This document shows, piece by piece, positions 24,092-33,698 of a stretch of 64,000 nucleotides of DNA. Position 1 is the stretch's first letter, and every line of letters starts with the position of its first letter. The notes beneath the pieces are model-generated. The model saw only the letters and a list, made by a program, of their open reading frames with translations, was not told the DNA's origin and did not search any database. The position numbers and the translations under genes were made by a program. This DNA is from Spirochaetota bacterium (GTDB taxonomy: Bacteria; Spirochaetota; UBA12135; COTS27; CAXSBA01), in assembly GCA_965277105.1 (NCBI GenBank), contig OZ255710.1, positions 949,936 through 1,013,935 of the forward strand, given 5' to 3'.

Positions 24092-24670
24092 TTAAAATGA
24101 CCTTAAGTCATTTTTTTTGGTGGGAAAAGAAAAAGTAGTAAATTTTTTTAATGTAAAACCATGCTGCTTAAAAAAAAGTAAAAACCAAAAACTACTAGTT
24201 AAAACGACTGCATCATAATCATAACTTTTCCAATCTAAACCTTGCTTTATTTTAGTAATTTCTTTTAAGTTAGTTTTAATGTTAAAAAAAGTAAATAAAA
24301 AAAACTTTCCCCATACTTCAAATAACCTTTGATTGCTCGAAATAATTTTATTAATAATATAAGATAATTTAAACTCATAATTAGTCCCTATAATATTCGA
24401 ATAAAGATTAGGGCATTGTAAAATAAAACGAGTATTTTTTAATTCACTTATTTTTTTTAAAAGGGTATTTTTAGAAACTAAATGCTCCAAGACATCAATC
24501 GCCACAATAAGATCAAAATTTTTATTTAAAAGTAGTCCTAACTCTTTTTCGTTTTCCAAGTCCATTTTTTTAAAATTAATGTTTTTATTTTTAACCTGGG
24601 AATTTTTTAAAAATAAAGAAGAAGTATCAACAGCCGTTATATTTTTAAAATTACTTTTCAATAAAAGCAA
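24092..24670 (-). CDS. Class I SAM-dependent methyltransferase; annotated TTG start truncates motif I, the coding frame continues upstream to about 24841
   Basis: FDLIVAIDVLEHL post-I/motif II region in ORF. In-frame upstream codons encode ILEIGCGNGDFS (motif I) with no ATG/GTG/TTG before it. Confidence 0.6.
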   Translation of the reverse strand: MLLLKSNFKNITAVDTSSLFLKNSQVKNKNINFKKMDLENEKELGLLLNKNFDLIVAIDVLEHLVSKNTLLKKISELKNTRFILQCPNLYSNIIGTNYEFKLSYIINKIISSNQRLFEVWGKFFLFTFFNIKTNLKEITKIKQGLDWKSYDYDAVVLTSSFWFLLFFKQHGFTLKKFTTFSFPTKKNDLRSF

Positions 24671-24821
24671 AGAAAAGTCACCATTACCACAACCTATTTC
24701 TAAAATTTTTTTAGGGTGATATTCAAGAACTTCGTTTAAAACATCTTCATACCAAAGGTAATTTTTTTGGTTTAATTTTTCTAGATAGTTTTTCGATTCG
24801 TAATTATATTGATTTTTTTTA

Positions 24822-26915
24822 TCAATATTTTTTACTAGTTTTTATTATTTTTTTATTTTTTTGAATGATTTTAACAATTTTTTTAAGAATATCTTTTTGG
24901 TTGAATTCTAGTTTTTTTAAGACTTTATCTTTAGGTCCAGAGAAACCAAATTGATTGATTGATTGAACATGAACTTGCTCACTAAAAAAACTGGCAAACC
25001 CTTTGTAAGAAGTAGCCTCTAACAAAAAAATGGGTTTTTTAAAATCAGCGAGTATTGTTTTTTTCCAAGCCGAGGAGCTTTTTTCAAATAACTCCAAACA
25101 AGGAATGCTAACCACTGAAGCAGAAATACCTTTGGCTAATAAATCCTCTTGGCAATCAAGGAGAGTACCTATCTCACTCCCACTACCTAGGAGAATAATA
25201 TCAGCTTCATTAACACTAGGCGACAGCTCATAAGCACCTTTTTTAAAATCGGAAAAACTCTTTAATATCTTTTCTTTTAAAAAACAAGTAGCAGCTAAAT
25301 CTTGCCTAGTAGTTAAAATAGAAACGGGAAAATTATTTTCTAAAAAAAACATAAAACTAAAAGCCACTTCCCTAGCAGTAGCTGGGCGAAAAACATAGTG
25401 ATTAGGAACTAGACGAAGAGAGTTTAATTGTTCAATGGGCTGATGCGTAGGGCCGTCTTCTCCTACTTGAACCGAGTCATGAGAAAAAATAAACAGGTGC
25501 TTTAACTCACTAATAGCGCTTAAACGAAGGGATGGTTTGAGATAATCATAAAAACTAAAAAAAGTAGAAGAGAATGGGATAAACGTACCATTTAAAGCTA
25601 GTCCATTATTAATCGCTGCCATGGCATGCTCTCTAACTCCATAAGCAATATTCCTACCAGAAAAATCATTAGCATTAAGGTAGTGGCTACTTTTAATCGT
25701 AGCTTTCGTCGAAGCAACTAAGTCAGCCGACCCACCGATCATTTGCGGGATAGCTTCAGCACATAATTGTAAAATTTCTGAGGCTATATTTCTAGTAGAA
25801 TCTTTAGGTTTCTTTATTTTATAATCTACTAGCTTTTTTCTTAATGTTGGGGTTAATATTTTTTTAGCTTTTTCGTAAAAAGAATTCTCTTTTAAAAATC
25901 TGCTATATTGCTTTTCCCAAATTTGGTAATTTTTAATTTTCTTCTGTAAATCAAAAAAATCTTTAGTCAAAGTCTTTTCTTTGGCTAAAAAATTTCCTGT
26001 TTGAATTTGCTTAGTAACCTCTTTTTTAATTCCCTCAATTTCATTAGGGAAAAAATCAGCTAAAGTAGAGTTTTTAATAAAGTAAGCGATTTCTGCTAAT
26101 CCCGCTGGACTACCATGAGCTTTTGAACTATTTACTAACTGGTTAAGCCCTTCTCCGATTCTAGTTTTCGCAATGATTAGCTTTGGTTTTTGAATTGAGC
26201 TGGTAACGCTTTTTTTGAAAACTTCTACTAGCGAAGCCAAATCATTTCCATTTACCTGAAAAACTTCCCAACCATAGGCCTTAAATTTCGCACCAATATT
26301 CTCGGAAAAAGCAATGTTAATATTCCCATCAATAGAAATATTATTTTGATCATAAATAGCAATTAAGTTGTTTATTTTCAAGTTGGCCGCCAAAGAAGCA
26401 GCTTCTTGAGTTACCCCTTCCATCATACAACCATCGCCTAAAAGCGTGAAAACATTAAAGTTAAAAAGATTAGAAAACTTCTTGAAACGAGATTGCAACA
26501 ATTTACTTTCTAAAGCTATCCCCACTGCATTAGCAAAACCCTGTCCTAAAGGACCAGTGGTGGTCTCTATTCTTTTCGAAAGATCAAACTCTGGATGACC
26601 GGGAGTGTTACTATTAAGCTGCCGAAAAGAAGCTAAATCTTTTAAGGTAAAACTGGATCCTGATAAATAATTAAGTCCGTATAAAAGCATAGATCCATGC
26701 CCGGCTGACAAAACAAACCTATCTCGAGCTAACCAATGAGGATCGTCTGGATTGAAGTTTAGGAAATATTTATGCAAAACAACACTTAGCAGAGAACAGC
26801 CCAAAGGAAGGCCGGGATGGCCAGAGTTGGCTTTTTCAATTGACAGTAATGAAAGGTAAGATAAATAATCTTTTGCTAGTAAAATTTCTTTTTTATCATT
26901 ATTGGTTATTTTCAT
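24822..26915 (-). CDS. tkt: Transketolase
   Basis: N-terminal TPP-binding GHPG motif, GDGCMMEG, full three-domain length (697 aa). Confidence 0.9.
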   Translation of the reverse strand: MKITNNDKKEILLAKDYLSYLSLLSIEKANSGHPGLPLGCSLLSVVLHKYFLNFNPDDPHWLARDRFVLSAGHGSMLLYGLNYLSGSSFTLKDLASFRQLNSNTPGHPEFDLSKRIETTTGPLGQGFANAVGIALESKLLQSRFKKFSNLFNFNVFTLLGDGCMMEGVTQEAASLAANLKINNLIAIYDQNNISIDGNINIAFSENIGAKFKAYGWEVFQVNGNDLASLVEVFKKSVTSSIQKPKLIIAKTRIGEGLNQLVNSSKAHGSPAGLAEIAYFIKNSTLADFFPNEIEGIKKEVTKQIQTGNFLAKEKTLTKDFFDLQKKIKNYQIWEKQYSRFLKENSFYEKAKKILTPTLRKKLVDYKIKKPKDSTRNIASEILQLCAEAIPQMIGGSADLVASTKATIKSSHYLNANDFSGRNIAYGVREHAMAAINNGLALNGTFIPFSSTFFSFYDYLKPSLRLSAISELKHLFIFSHDSVQVGEDGPTHQPIEQLNSLRLVPNHYVFRPATAREVAFSFMFFLENNFPVSILTTRQDLAATCFLKEKILKSFSDFKKGAYELSPSVNEADIILLGSGSEIGTLLDCQEDLLAKGISASVVSIPCLELFEKSSSAWKKTILADFKKPIFLLEATSYKGFASFFSEQVHVQSINQFGFSGPKDKVLKKLEFNQKDILKKIVKIIQKNKKIIKTSKKY

Positions 26916-26951
26916 AGATTTAATGGATGATTATAATATTGTAAAAAAAAA

Positions 26952-29117
26952 TTAGCTTAAAGCTTCAAAAAACCTTAAATAAACACCAGGATTATCATTA
27001 ATATATTCTTTAAAAGTGTCTTTTTCTAACTTAAATAAAATTGCATTTTTAGCTTCACAACTAATAGTAGATGGCAGGTAGTTGGTGAATTCGTTATAAT
27101 TCCCAATAAAATCTCCTTTTTTAGGAGTGATAATTTTTTTGCTATTTTTATCTTTAATGGAAACACTTCCTGAATGGTAAATGTAAATCTCTTTGAATCT
27201 TTTCCCTCTTTTCAATAATTCTTGCTTTTCATTGCCAATGACAGTTCGACTAAGTAGAATTTCTAAGTCCGTTTTTTGTGAGCTAGTTAAATTTTCAAAT
27301 AGTGGCGTTTTGCTAAGAGCATCCCAACTCTGCTCGTCACGATTATGAGCAATTTTAAGGAGTTTTTCTTCTACTTTAGTTCCACTAATTAAATTAACAA
27401 AAGCTGATTTAGAAATGGCTAAAAGTTCTACTTCACTATCAGCAAAAACATTGACTGTTCGTTTTTTTGAGGTTAGCAAGGAAACTTCTCCTAAATACTG
27501 GTAAGCACCAAATCTTTTTAAGTCTTCATTGTTTTCTCCTTTTATCACCAAACTACCGCTAAGTATGATGTAGAAAACATTACCTTTTTCGCCTTTTTTA
27601 ATCAACTGTTGGCCTTTAGAATAGGTTTCTTTTTTAACTACCGCTAGAAGATCTTTGATTTTATTAGCAGTAAACTCTTTGAAAAGATCAATCTTACTAA
27701 TAATATCCATAACCGAATAAGCTTCTTCAAAAATACCCCTTTCAAAGTTAATAATTTTGGTATTAGCAATTCCAAATTTACTTAAAGTTAAGTCAGTTTT
27801 TTTCTCTTGAGTCCCTTTATGAAAATCAGTATCAGAAATATGATAAACCGATATTTTTTCTTGAATAGCTTTAGGTAAATCGTTAAGACGTCCAATAGGA
27901 GTATGAAGAGGTGGTACTCCCGATTCGTGATAAATCACATCAGCATCCCAAGGGAAATTTAGAAACTCTTCATATCGCTTCTGAGAGATAATTTTTTTAT
28001 CTAATAAATCTTTAAAGGCCTTAGGGTCGTTTAAGTGATCCGAGCTATAAACAAAAGTTTGGTCACGATAATGAAAACTGAATCCCATAGTAGGTATAGA
28101 ATGAAGCATATACCTAAAATTGAACCAAGCCCCTTTGATATTGAAGTCTTTTCCAATAATAATAGGGATAAAGTTAAATAACTGAGTCATCTTTTTAACA
28201 TTAATCTCTGCTAAAGTGGAATATTTCTTCAACCAAGAATCCATAATAGTTTTGGTGGTATAAATGGTGATTTTGTTTTGCTCCAAGATTTTTTGAAAAG
28301 TCCCCGTGTCGTGGTCAGCATGGGTGTGGGTTAAAATAATCGAATCAATGAGCTTAGGATTAACATTAGAGCGAACTAGCCACTCGGTAGAATTAACTGG
28401 GGGGTCAATCATTATCCCCATGCCATTAATCCAAACAATGAAACCAGAAGTATTACCCAAAGGATCAAAACCATGAGAAGAACCTAAGCAAGTCATCCCA
28501 AAAAGTGGGGGTTTAAACGGTTGTGTGGGAGTATTACCAATGTCATAAATAACGTTGTATTTTAACTCACTAGGGATAGTAGTGGTGAAGTTATAAAATT
28601 TATCTTCAATAATATACTCATCTTTTTCATTGAGAAAAATCTTACATTTACCTAACTCCACTTCTCTTTTTTCATTGAGAGGCTTAAACTCCACTAAATC
28701 TTCTATATTAAAGTTGGCAAAATATTTTGTTTCCGCTTTAATGTCGGGAATGTCTTTTGCCTCAGAAGGATAGTCATTAGAGATATCGTAACTTTCCGGA
28801 CCATAAAGGGCTTCATTAATAACTTTATTAAAAATAGCTTCGTGCTTCTTCAAGCAGATAATAATGGTTTTTTTTCTTTGAATAAAAAAGTTAAAATAAA
28901 TAGGGAACTCCAACTCAGCTACCGAAATGGCTTTTTTTCGGTCAAAAAAAACCTTAGGCAAGCAAATAATATTAGGCACTCCTTTTTCAAGGGACATGCT
29001 ATCTTTAATGGTTTCGGGAGGAGAACCAATTTGAATGTAGCCTTCGGATGTATTAACAATATACCCACCACGGGGAAGATCGTAATACTTACCTAATTCG
29101 AGAATTTTCTTATTCAT
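26952..29117 (-). CDS. Metallo-beta-lactamase-fold hydrolase fused to two C-terminal cyclic-nucleotide-binding (cNMP) domains, with an unknown about 200-aa N-terminal domain
   Basis: HTHADHDTG HxHxDH motif mid-protein. C-terminal GEVSLL...RTVNVFA cNMP-binding signature plus a second, more degenerate cNMP-like repeat. Confidence 0.7.
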   Translation of the reverse strand: MNKKILELGKYYDLPRGGYIVNTSEGYIQIGSPPETIKDSMSLEKGVPNIICLPKVFFDRKKAISVAELEFPIYFNFFIQRKKTIIICLKKHEAIFNKVINEALYGPESYDISNDYPSEAKDIPDIKAETKYFANFNIEDLVEFKPLNEKREVELGKCKIFLNEKDEYIIEDKFYNFTTTIPSELKYNVIYDIGNTPTQPFKPPLFGMTCLGSSHGFDPLGNTSGFIVWINGMGIMIDPPVNSTEWLVRSNVNPKLIDSIILTHTHADHDTGTFQKILEQNKITIYTTKTIMDSWLKKYSTLAEINVKKMTQLFNFIPIIIGKDFNIKGAWFNFRYMLHSIPTMGFSFHYRDQTFVYSSDHLNDPKAFKDLLDKKIISQKRYEEFLNFPWDADVIYHESGVPPLHTPIGRLNDLPKAIQEKISVYHISDTDFHKGTQEKKTDLTLSKFGIANTKIINFERGIFEEAYSVMDIISKIDLFKEFTANKIKDLLAVVKKETYSKGQQLIKKGEKGNVFYIILSGSLVIKGENNEDLKRFGAYQYLGEVSLLTSKKRTVNVFADSEVELLAISKSAFVNLISGTKVEEKLLKIAHNRDEQSWDALSKTPLFENLTSSQKTDLEILLSRTVIGNEKQELLKRGKRFKEIYIYHSGSVSIKDKNSKKIITPKKGDFIGNYNEFTNYLPSTISCEAKNAILFKLEKDTFKEYINDNPGVYLRFFEALS

Positions 29118-29190
29118 TTACTATTTAGATAGTTTATAATTATATCTTATATTCGTATTAAAATACTTTAAAATTTAATTTTTAAAAAAA

Positions 29191-29790
29191 ATGGATTTTT
29201 CTAAAGCAAAAAAAGACTTTTATACTCTAAAAGCTAAAAGAGAAAACGTTAGAGCTAGGAGCTTTTATAAGCTACAAGAAATGGATGAAAAGTTTCTTTT
29301 AATAAAAAAACATCAACAACTACTAGATTTAGGGTGTGCTCCCGGCTCTTGGTCTCAGTATTGCTTTAAAAAAACCCAAAATAATATTCATATAGTTGGA
29401 TTGGATTTAACCGCCACTTCTTTATCTTTATATAAGGATAACTTCTTTTTTATTCAAGAAAATATTTTTAATTTTTCTAAGGAGAGTTTAAAAGGCATTG
29501 CTATTCCAAACGAACACTTTGATGGGATTATTAGCGATGTGGCTCCCAAAACTTCGGGCATAAAAGCAAAAGATAGCTACGAGTCTTTTGAGCTGGTTAG
29601 TCAAGTGATTAGTTTAGGAGAAATTTTTTTAAAAGAAAAAGGGTTTATTATTTTTAAGTATTTTTTAGGAGAAGAATTTCAGGAACTTAAAGAAAGATTT
29701 CAAAAGGCTTTTAAATTATTGAAAATTTTCAAGCCCCAGGCTAGTCGAAAAGATTCTAAAGAATTATTTTTTATAGGAGAAAAAAAATGA
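29191..29790 (+). CDS. rlmE: 23S rRNA (uridine2552-2-prime-O)-methyltransferase RlmE/FtsJ
   Basis: LDLGCAPGSWSQY motif I and IISDVAPKTSG motif. Stop overlaps argG start (ATGA). Confidence 0.85.
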   Translation: MDFSKAKKDFYTLKAKRENVRARSFYKLQEMDEKFLLIKKHQQLLDLGCAPGSWSQYCFKKTQNNIHIVGLDLTATSLSLYKDNFFFIQENIFNFSKESLKGIAIPNEHFDGIISDVAPKTSGIKAKDSYESFELVSQVISLGEIFLKEKGFIIFKYFLGEEFQELKERFQKAFKLLKIFKPQASRKDSKELFFIGEKK

Positions 29791-30995
29791 AAAAAGTTAT
29801 TTTAGCCTACTCGGGAGGTTTAGACACTTCGGTAATCTGCAAATGGTTATCAGAAAAAAATTATCAAGTCGTTTGTTATGTCGCTGACGTAGGGCAACAA
29901 GCAGATTTTGCAGCAATAAAAAAAAAGGCTATAAACTCGGGGGCCAGCAAGGTAGTTGTAGAAAATTTGCAAGATGAGTTCTTGGACAAATTTATCTTGC
30001 CGGCTTTAGGATTTAACGCCCTTTACGAAAGTAGGTACCTTTTAGGGACTTCCCTCGCTAGGCCGTTAATCGCTAAGGGGCTAGTGAACTGCGCTAAAAA
30101 GGAAAAGGCGAACATCATAGCCCATGGGGCTACTGGCAAGGGCAATGATCAAGTACGCTTTGAAATATCGGCCTATTCTCTAAATCCTAAAATCACCATT
30201 ATCGCTCCTTGGCGAATGAAAGAGTTTTACTCAGTTATCAAGGGAAGAAAAGAAGCCATTAGCTACGCTAAAAAACATAATATAAAAATAGCGGCCACTT
30301 CTTCTGAGCCCTGGTCTTCTGATGACAACCTTTATCACATTAGCTTTGAAGCAGGGATACTAGAAAACCCCGAACAAAAACCACCAGAAAAAATGTTTCA
30401 ATACAGTACAAGTATTTTAAAAAGCCCCAATAAAATAACTCCAATAAACTTAGAATTTCAAAAAGGAATTCCTGTGAAAATCAATAATCAATCCCTTTCC
30501 CCGGTAAAAATCTTACAGCGCCTTAATCAACTAGGGGGAGAAAATGGAGTGGGTAGAGTGGATATCGTAGAAAGCCGTTTTTTAGGGATGAAAAGTCGAG
30601 GCGTCTATGAAACTCCTGGGGGGACAATCCTCCACCAAGCTCACGTGGATCTTGAAACTTTTACATTGAGTAGAGAATTATTAAGGTTGAAAAATTCTTT
30701 GATGTTACGCTTTTCTGATTTAGTCTATAATGGCTTTTGGTATACCGAAGAGATGAATTGCCTTTTAGCTTTTCTTAAAGAAAGTCAAAAAAACGTTAGT
30801 GGGATTGTTGATTTAGAGATTATCAAAGGCAATGTCATTATTACCGGACGAAAGTCAAACGGAAGTCTTTATAACGAAAAAATTGCCTCTATGGACGATG
30901 ATGGCGGAGCTTATAATATTGAAGATGCTAGTGGGTTTATTAAAATCAATGCCTTGAACGTGAAAGCAGAAAAGCTGCGTGGGAAAGAAAAGTGA
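29787..30995 (+). CDS. argG: Argininosuccinate synthase
   Basis: AYSGGLDTS PP-loop, conserved ArgG body; SD-like TAGGAGA 8 nt upstream. Confidence 0.95.
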   Translation: MKKVILAYSGGLDTSVICKWLSEKNYQVVCYVADVGQQADFAAIKKKAINSGASKVVVENLQDEFLDKFILPALGFNALYESRYLLGTSLARPLIAKGLVNCAKKEKANIIAHGATGKGNDQVRFEISAYSLNPKITIIAPWRMKEFYSVIKGRKEAISYAKKHNIKIAATSSEPWSSDDNLYHISFEAGILENPEQKPPEKMFQYSTSILKSPNKITPINLEFQKGIPVKINNQSLSPVKILQRLNQLGGENGVGRVDIVESRFLGMKSRGVYETPGGTILHQAHVDLETFTLSRELLRLKNSLMLRFSDLVYNGFWYTEEMNCLLAFLKESQKNVSGIVDLEIIKGNVIITGRKSNGSLYNEKIASMDDDGGAYNIEDASGFIKINALNVKAEKLRGKEK

Positions 30996-31065
30996 GTTTT
31001 GGAGGAAGTGATAAAAAGTAAAAAGCAAAAACTAGTAAAAGCTTTGAAGTAAATAGTCGATAAAC

Positions 31066-32060
31066 ATGCCGAAAGGAAGTGCCAATAAAAATCTTCACCA
31101 AGCCAAAAGCTCCAAGAAAGACGATTTTATACCCAGCTAGTAGATATCGAAAACGAGCTCAAGCATTACAAAAAACACTTCCAGGGCAAGACCGTTTATT
31201 GCAACTGCGACGACCCCAGGATAAGTAATTTCTTCCACTACTTTTCTTATAGCTTCGAGCACCTCGGCCTGAAAAAACTCATTACCACTTGCTATCAAAG
31301 TCAAGAGCGAGATTTATTCAGCACCAACAGTAGCGAAAAAGCCATCTACCTAGAATACAACGGCGATAAAAACGGCAACCGCGTTCCCGACTTAGAAGAA
31401 ATAGGAGTGCATCACTTAAAAGGCGACGGGGATTTTAGAAGCAAGGAATGCATCGAACTCCTGCAAGAAGCGGACATCGTCGTTACCAACCCTCCCTTCT
31501 CTCTTTTTAGGGAATACGTCGCCCAGCTAATCGAGTATGATAAAAAGTTTTTGATAATTGGGAGTATTAACGCTATTACTTATAAAGAAATTTTTAAACT
31601 TATTAAAGAAAATAAATTATGGCTTGGCCCTAGTATTTTTAGCGGGGATAGGGAATTTGGTGTGCCTCAAGGTTACCCTTTAAAAGCCGCTGGCTATAGA
31701 GTAGATGAGCAGGGGAATAAATTTATAAGAGTCAAAGGAGTTCGTTGGTTCACTAACCTTCCCCACAACAAACGCTACGAAGATCTTATTTTATACAAAA
31801 CCTACCGAGGCAATGAGGATCATTATCCTACTTATGACAACTACGATGCTATCGAAGTGAGCAAAACCAAAGATATCCCCATGGACTACGAGGGAGCGAT
31901 GGGCGTGCCGATTACTTTTTTAGATAAATATAACCCCGAGCAGTTTGAAATAATTGGTAAAATGAGTACAACAAAATTAGACAAATATAATTTTGGATAT
32001 CCTTATATTAAAGGAAATAAAATTTACGCAAGAATTATTATTAAAAATAAAAAACTATAA
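31066..32060 (+). pseudogene. EcoRI-methylase-family N6-adenine DNA methyltransferase (M.EcoRI homologue), split by a -1 frameshift in a T4 tract at 31125-31128. No cognate endonuclease gene
   Basis: ATG at 31066 encodes MPKGSANKNLHQAKSSKKDDF then stops. The next frame continues YTQLVDIENELKHYKKHFQGKTVYCNCDDP ... DIVVTNPPFSLFREY ... to the stop at 32060 (GTG-initiated ORF 31407-32060 in the supplied track). GC content is about 45% versus about 30% background. Confidence 0.85.
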
Positions 32061-32078
32061 AAAAAGGAAGATTGCGTT

Positions 32079-33116
32079 TTAAGAAAAGTTACTCCATTTT
32101 TCTAATAGTTCGCTAGCCTGACCACTAGTGACTATTTTTTCTACTTCGAATAAAGACTTTTTCAAAGGAATATCTTTATAAACCTTAAAAGCCAAAGCAG
32201 CGTTTAAAACTACAATATCTTTTTTGGCTCCTTTTTCTTTACCTTCTAAAATGTTTAAGGCAATTTTTTTATTATCATCTAGGTTTTTGCTGACAATACT
32301 ACTTAAAGGATATTTTTTAAAACCCAATTCCTCTGGGCTTAGCCAATATTTTTTTAGTTGCTTTTGATTAAACTCCACAATGTAAGTTTTAGCCGAAACA
32401 CTAGCCTCGTCAAGCCCGTCTTCACTACTGAGCACCATCCCCCTTTTTACGCCCAACGCCTTTAAAACTTTAGCCAAAGGGAGGCAATAGTTTTTATCAT
32501 AAACGCCCATTATTTGATAATCTATTTTCATAGGATTAAGTAGAGGGCCGAGAACATTAAAGATAGTCCTAAACCCCAAAGCCTTTCTAACGGGCATAAC
32601 ATACTTCATAACCGGATGAAGATTAGGGGCAAACAAAAAAGCGATGCCTATTTCTTTAAGGCACTTTTCTATTTTTTCAGGAGATAGATGAATGGGGATC
32701 CCTAACTTCTCCAACAAATCAGCACTGCCACATTTAGAAGTAATGGATCTATTGCCATGCTTACTAACTTTAACCCCGAGAGCAGCCAAAACAATGGCAG
32801 AAATAGTAGAAATATTAAAGGTGCTTTTATGATCCCCACCAGTCCCACAAGTGTCTATTATAGGTTCTCTAAATGGTTTTTTGATAGTAATGGCTTTTTT
32901 CTTTAAGGCTTTCGCTAGCCCATAAATTTCCTCAAAAGTTTCACCTTTAGTGTGGAGAGCAGTAAGGGTAGCCGCCACTTGAGGTTCAAGCATTTTCCCT
33001 TCGCCAATAGCTAGCATTAGTTTTTCGGCTTCTTCACTAGTAAGGTTTTTTTGTTCTATTAGTTTTTGATAAATCTCTAAAAAAGTTTTTTGGGTATTTT
33101 TTTTTGGATTAGGCAT
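32079..33116 (-). CDS. trpD: Anthranilate phosphoribosyltransferase
   Basis: GTGGD motif and conserved TrpD body. Confidence 0.9.
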   Translation of the reverse strand: MPNPKKNTQKTFLEIYQKLIEQKNLTSEEAEKLMLAIGEGKMLEPQVAATLTALHTKGETFEEIYGLAKALKKKAITIKKPFREPIIDTCGTGGDHKSTFNISTISAIVLAALGVKVSKHGNRSITSKCGSADLLEKLGIPIHLSPEKIEKCLKEIGIAFLFAPNLHPVMKYVMPVRKALGFRTIFNVLGPLLNPMKIDYQIMGVYDKNYCLPLAKVLKALGVKRGMVLSSEDGLDEASVSAKTYIVEFNQKQLKKYWLSPEELGFKKYPLSSIVSKNLDDNKKIALNILEGKEKGAKKDIVVLNAALAFKVYKDIPLKKSLFEVEKIVTSGQASELLEKWSNFS

Positions 33117-33117
33117 T

Positions 33118-33690
33118 TTATTTTTCTCTTTTTTGTTGTAAAAAATTTTTCAAAATCTCCATCCCATAAGTTGAGCCTATTGATTCTGGGTGAAACTGCA
33201 ACCCATAAACCGGGTAGTTTTTATGTCGAATGGCCATAATTTCATTATCTTCACTATAAGCAGTTACTTCTAATTCTTTAGGTAGCGTAGTTTTATCAAT
33301 CACCAGCGAATGATAACGAATAGCCGTGAAAGGGTTAGGGATTCCTTGAAAAATATTTTCACCATTATGGGTTATTGTTGATGGCTTGCCGTGGTAAATT
33401 TTTTTAGCGACTTTTATTTTAGCTCCCAATTGATGCGCTAGGCATTGATGACCTAAACATATTCCTAAAACAGGAATCTTTTGTAGGAAAGACTGAATAA
33501 TCAAAGGTGACACTCCGGCATTTTGCGGATGGCTAGGGCCAGGAGAAATAATAATTTTTTCAGCTTGAATTTTTTGTAGCTCGCTTTCATCGGTATCGTT
33601 TTTTTTAACAACAACTTTTTCTCCTAAAATCTTTAAATATTCCACCACATTATAAGTAAAAGAGTCGTAATTATCAATAACTAAAATCAT
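33118..33690 (-). CDS. trpG: Anthranilate synthase component II (glutamine amidotransferase)
   Basis: GICLGHQ catalytic triad motif; adjacent to trpE and trpD. Confidence 0.85.
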   Translation of the reverse strand: MILVIDNYDSFTYNVVEYLKILGEKVVVKKNDTDESELQKIQAEKIIISPGPSHPQNAGVSPLIIQSFLQKIPVLGICLGHQCLAHQLGAKIKVAKKIYHGKPSTITHNGENIFQGIPNPFTAIRYHSLVIDKTTLPKELEVTAYSEDNEIMAIRHKNYPVYGLQFHPESIGSTYGMEILKNFLQQKREK

Positions 33691-33698
33691 TATTTTTA

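Noticed and set aside
24094-24114. Near-palindrome AAAATGACCTTAAGTCATTTT at the 3-prime end of the SAM methyltransferase gene
   Set aside because: It overlaps the last coding codons. It has a weak U-tail on the relevant (minus) strand, so it is at best a weak terminator.
31001-31052. Mini-ORF (GTG, 14 codons, VIKSKKQKLVKALK) with a perfect GGAGG 5 nt upstream, between argG and the methyltransferase
   Set aside because: It is too short to assess and has no conservation evidence. It could be a leader peptide, but it is equally likely a chance match in AT-rich DNA.
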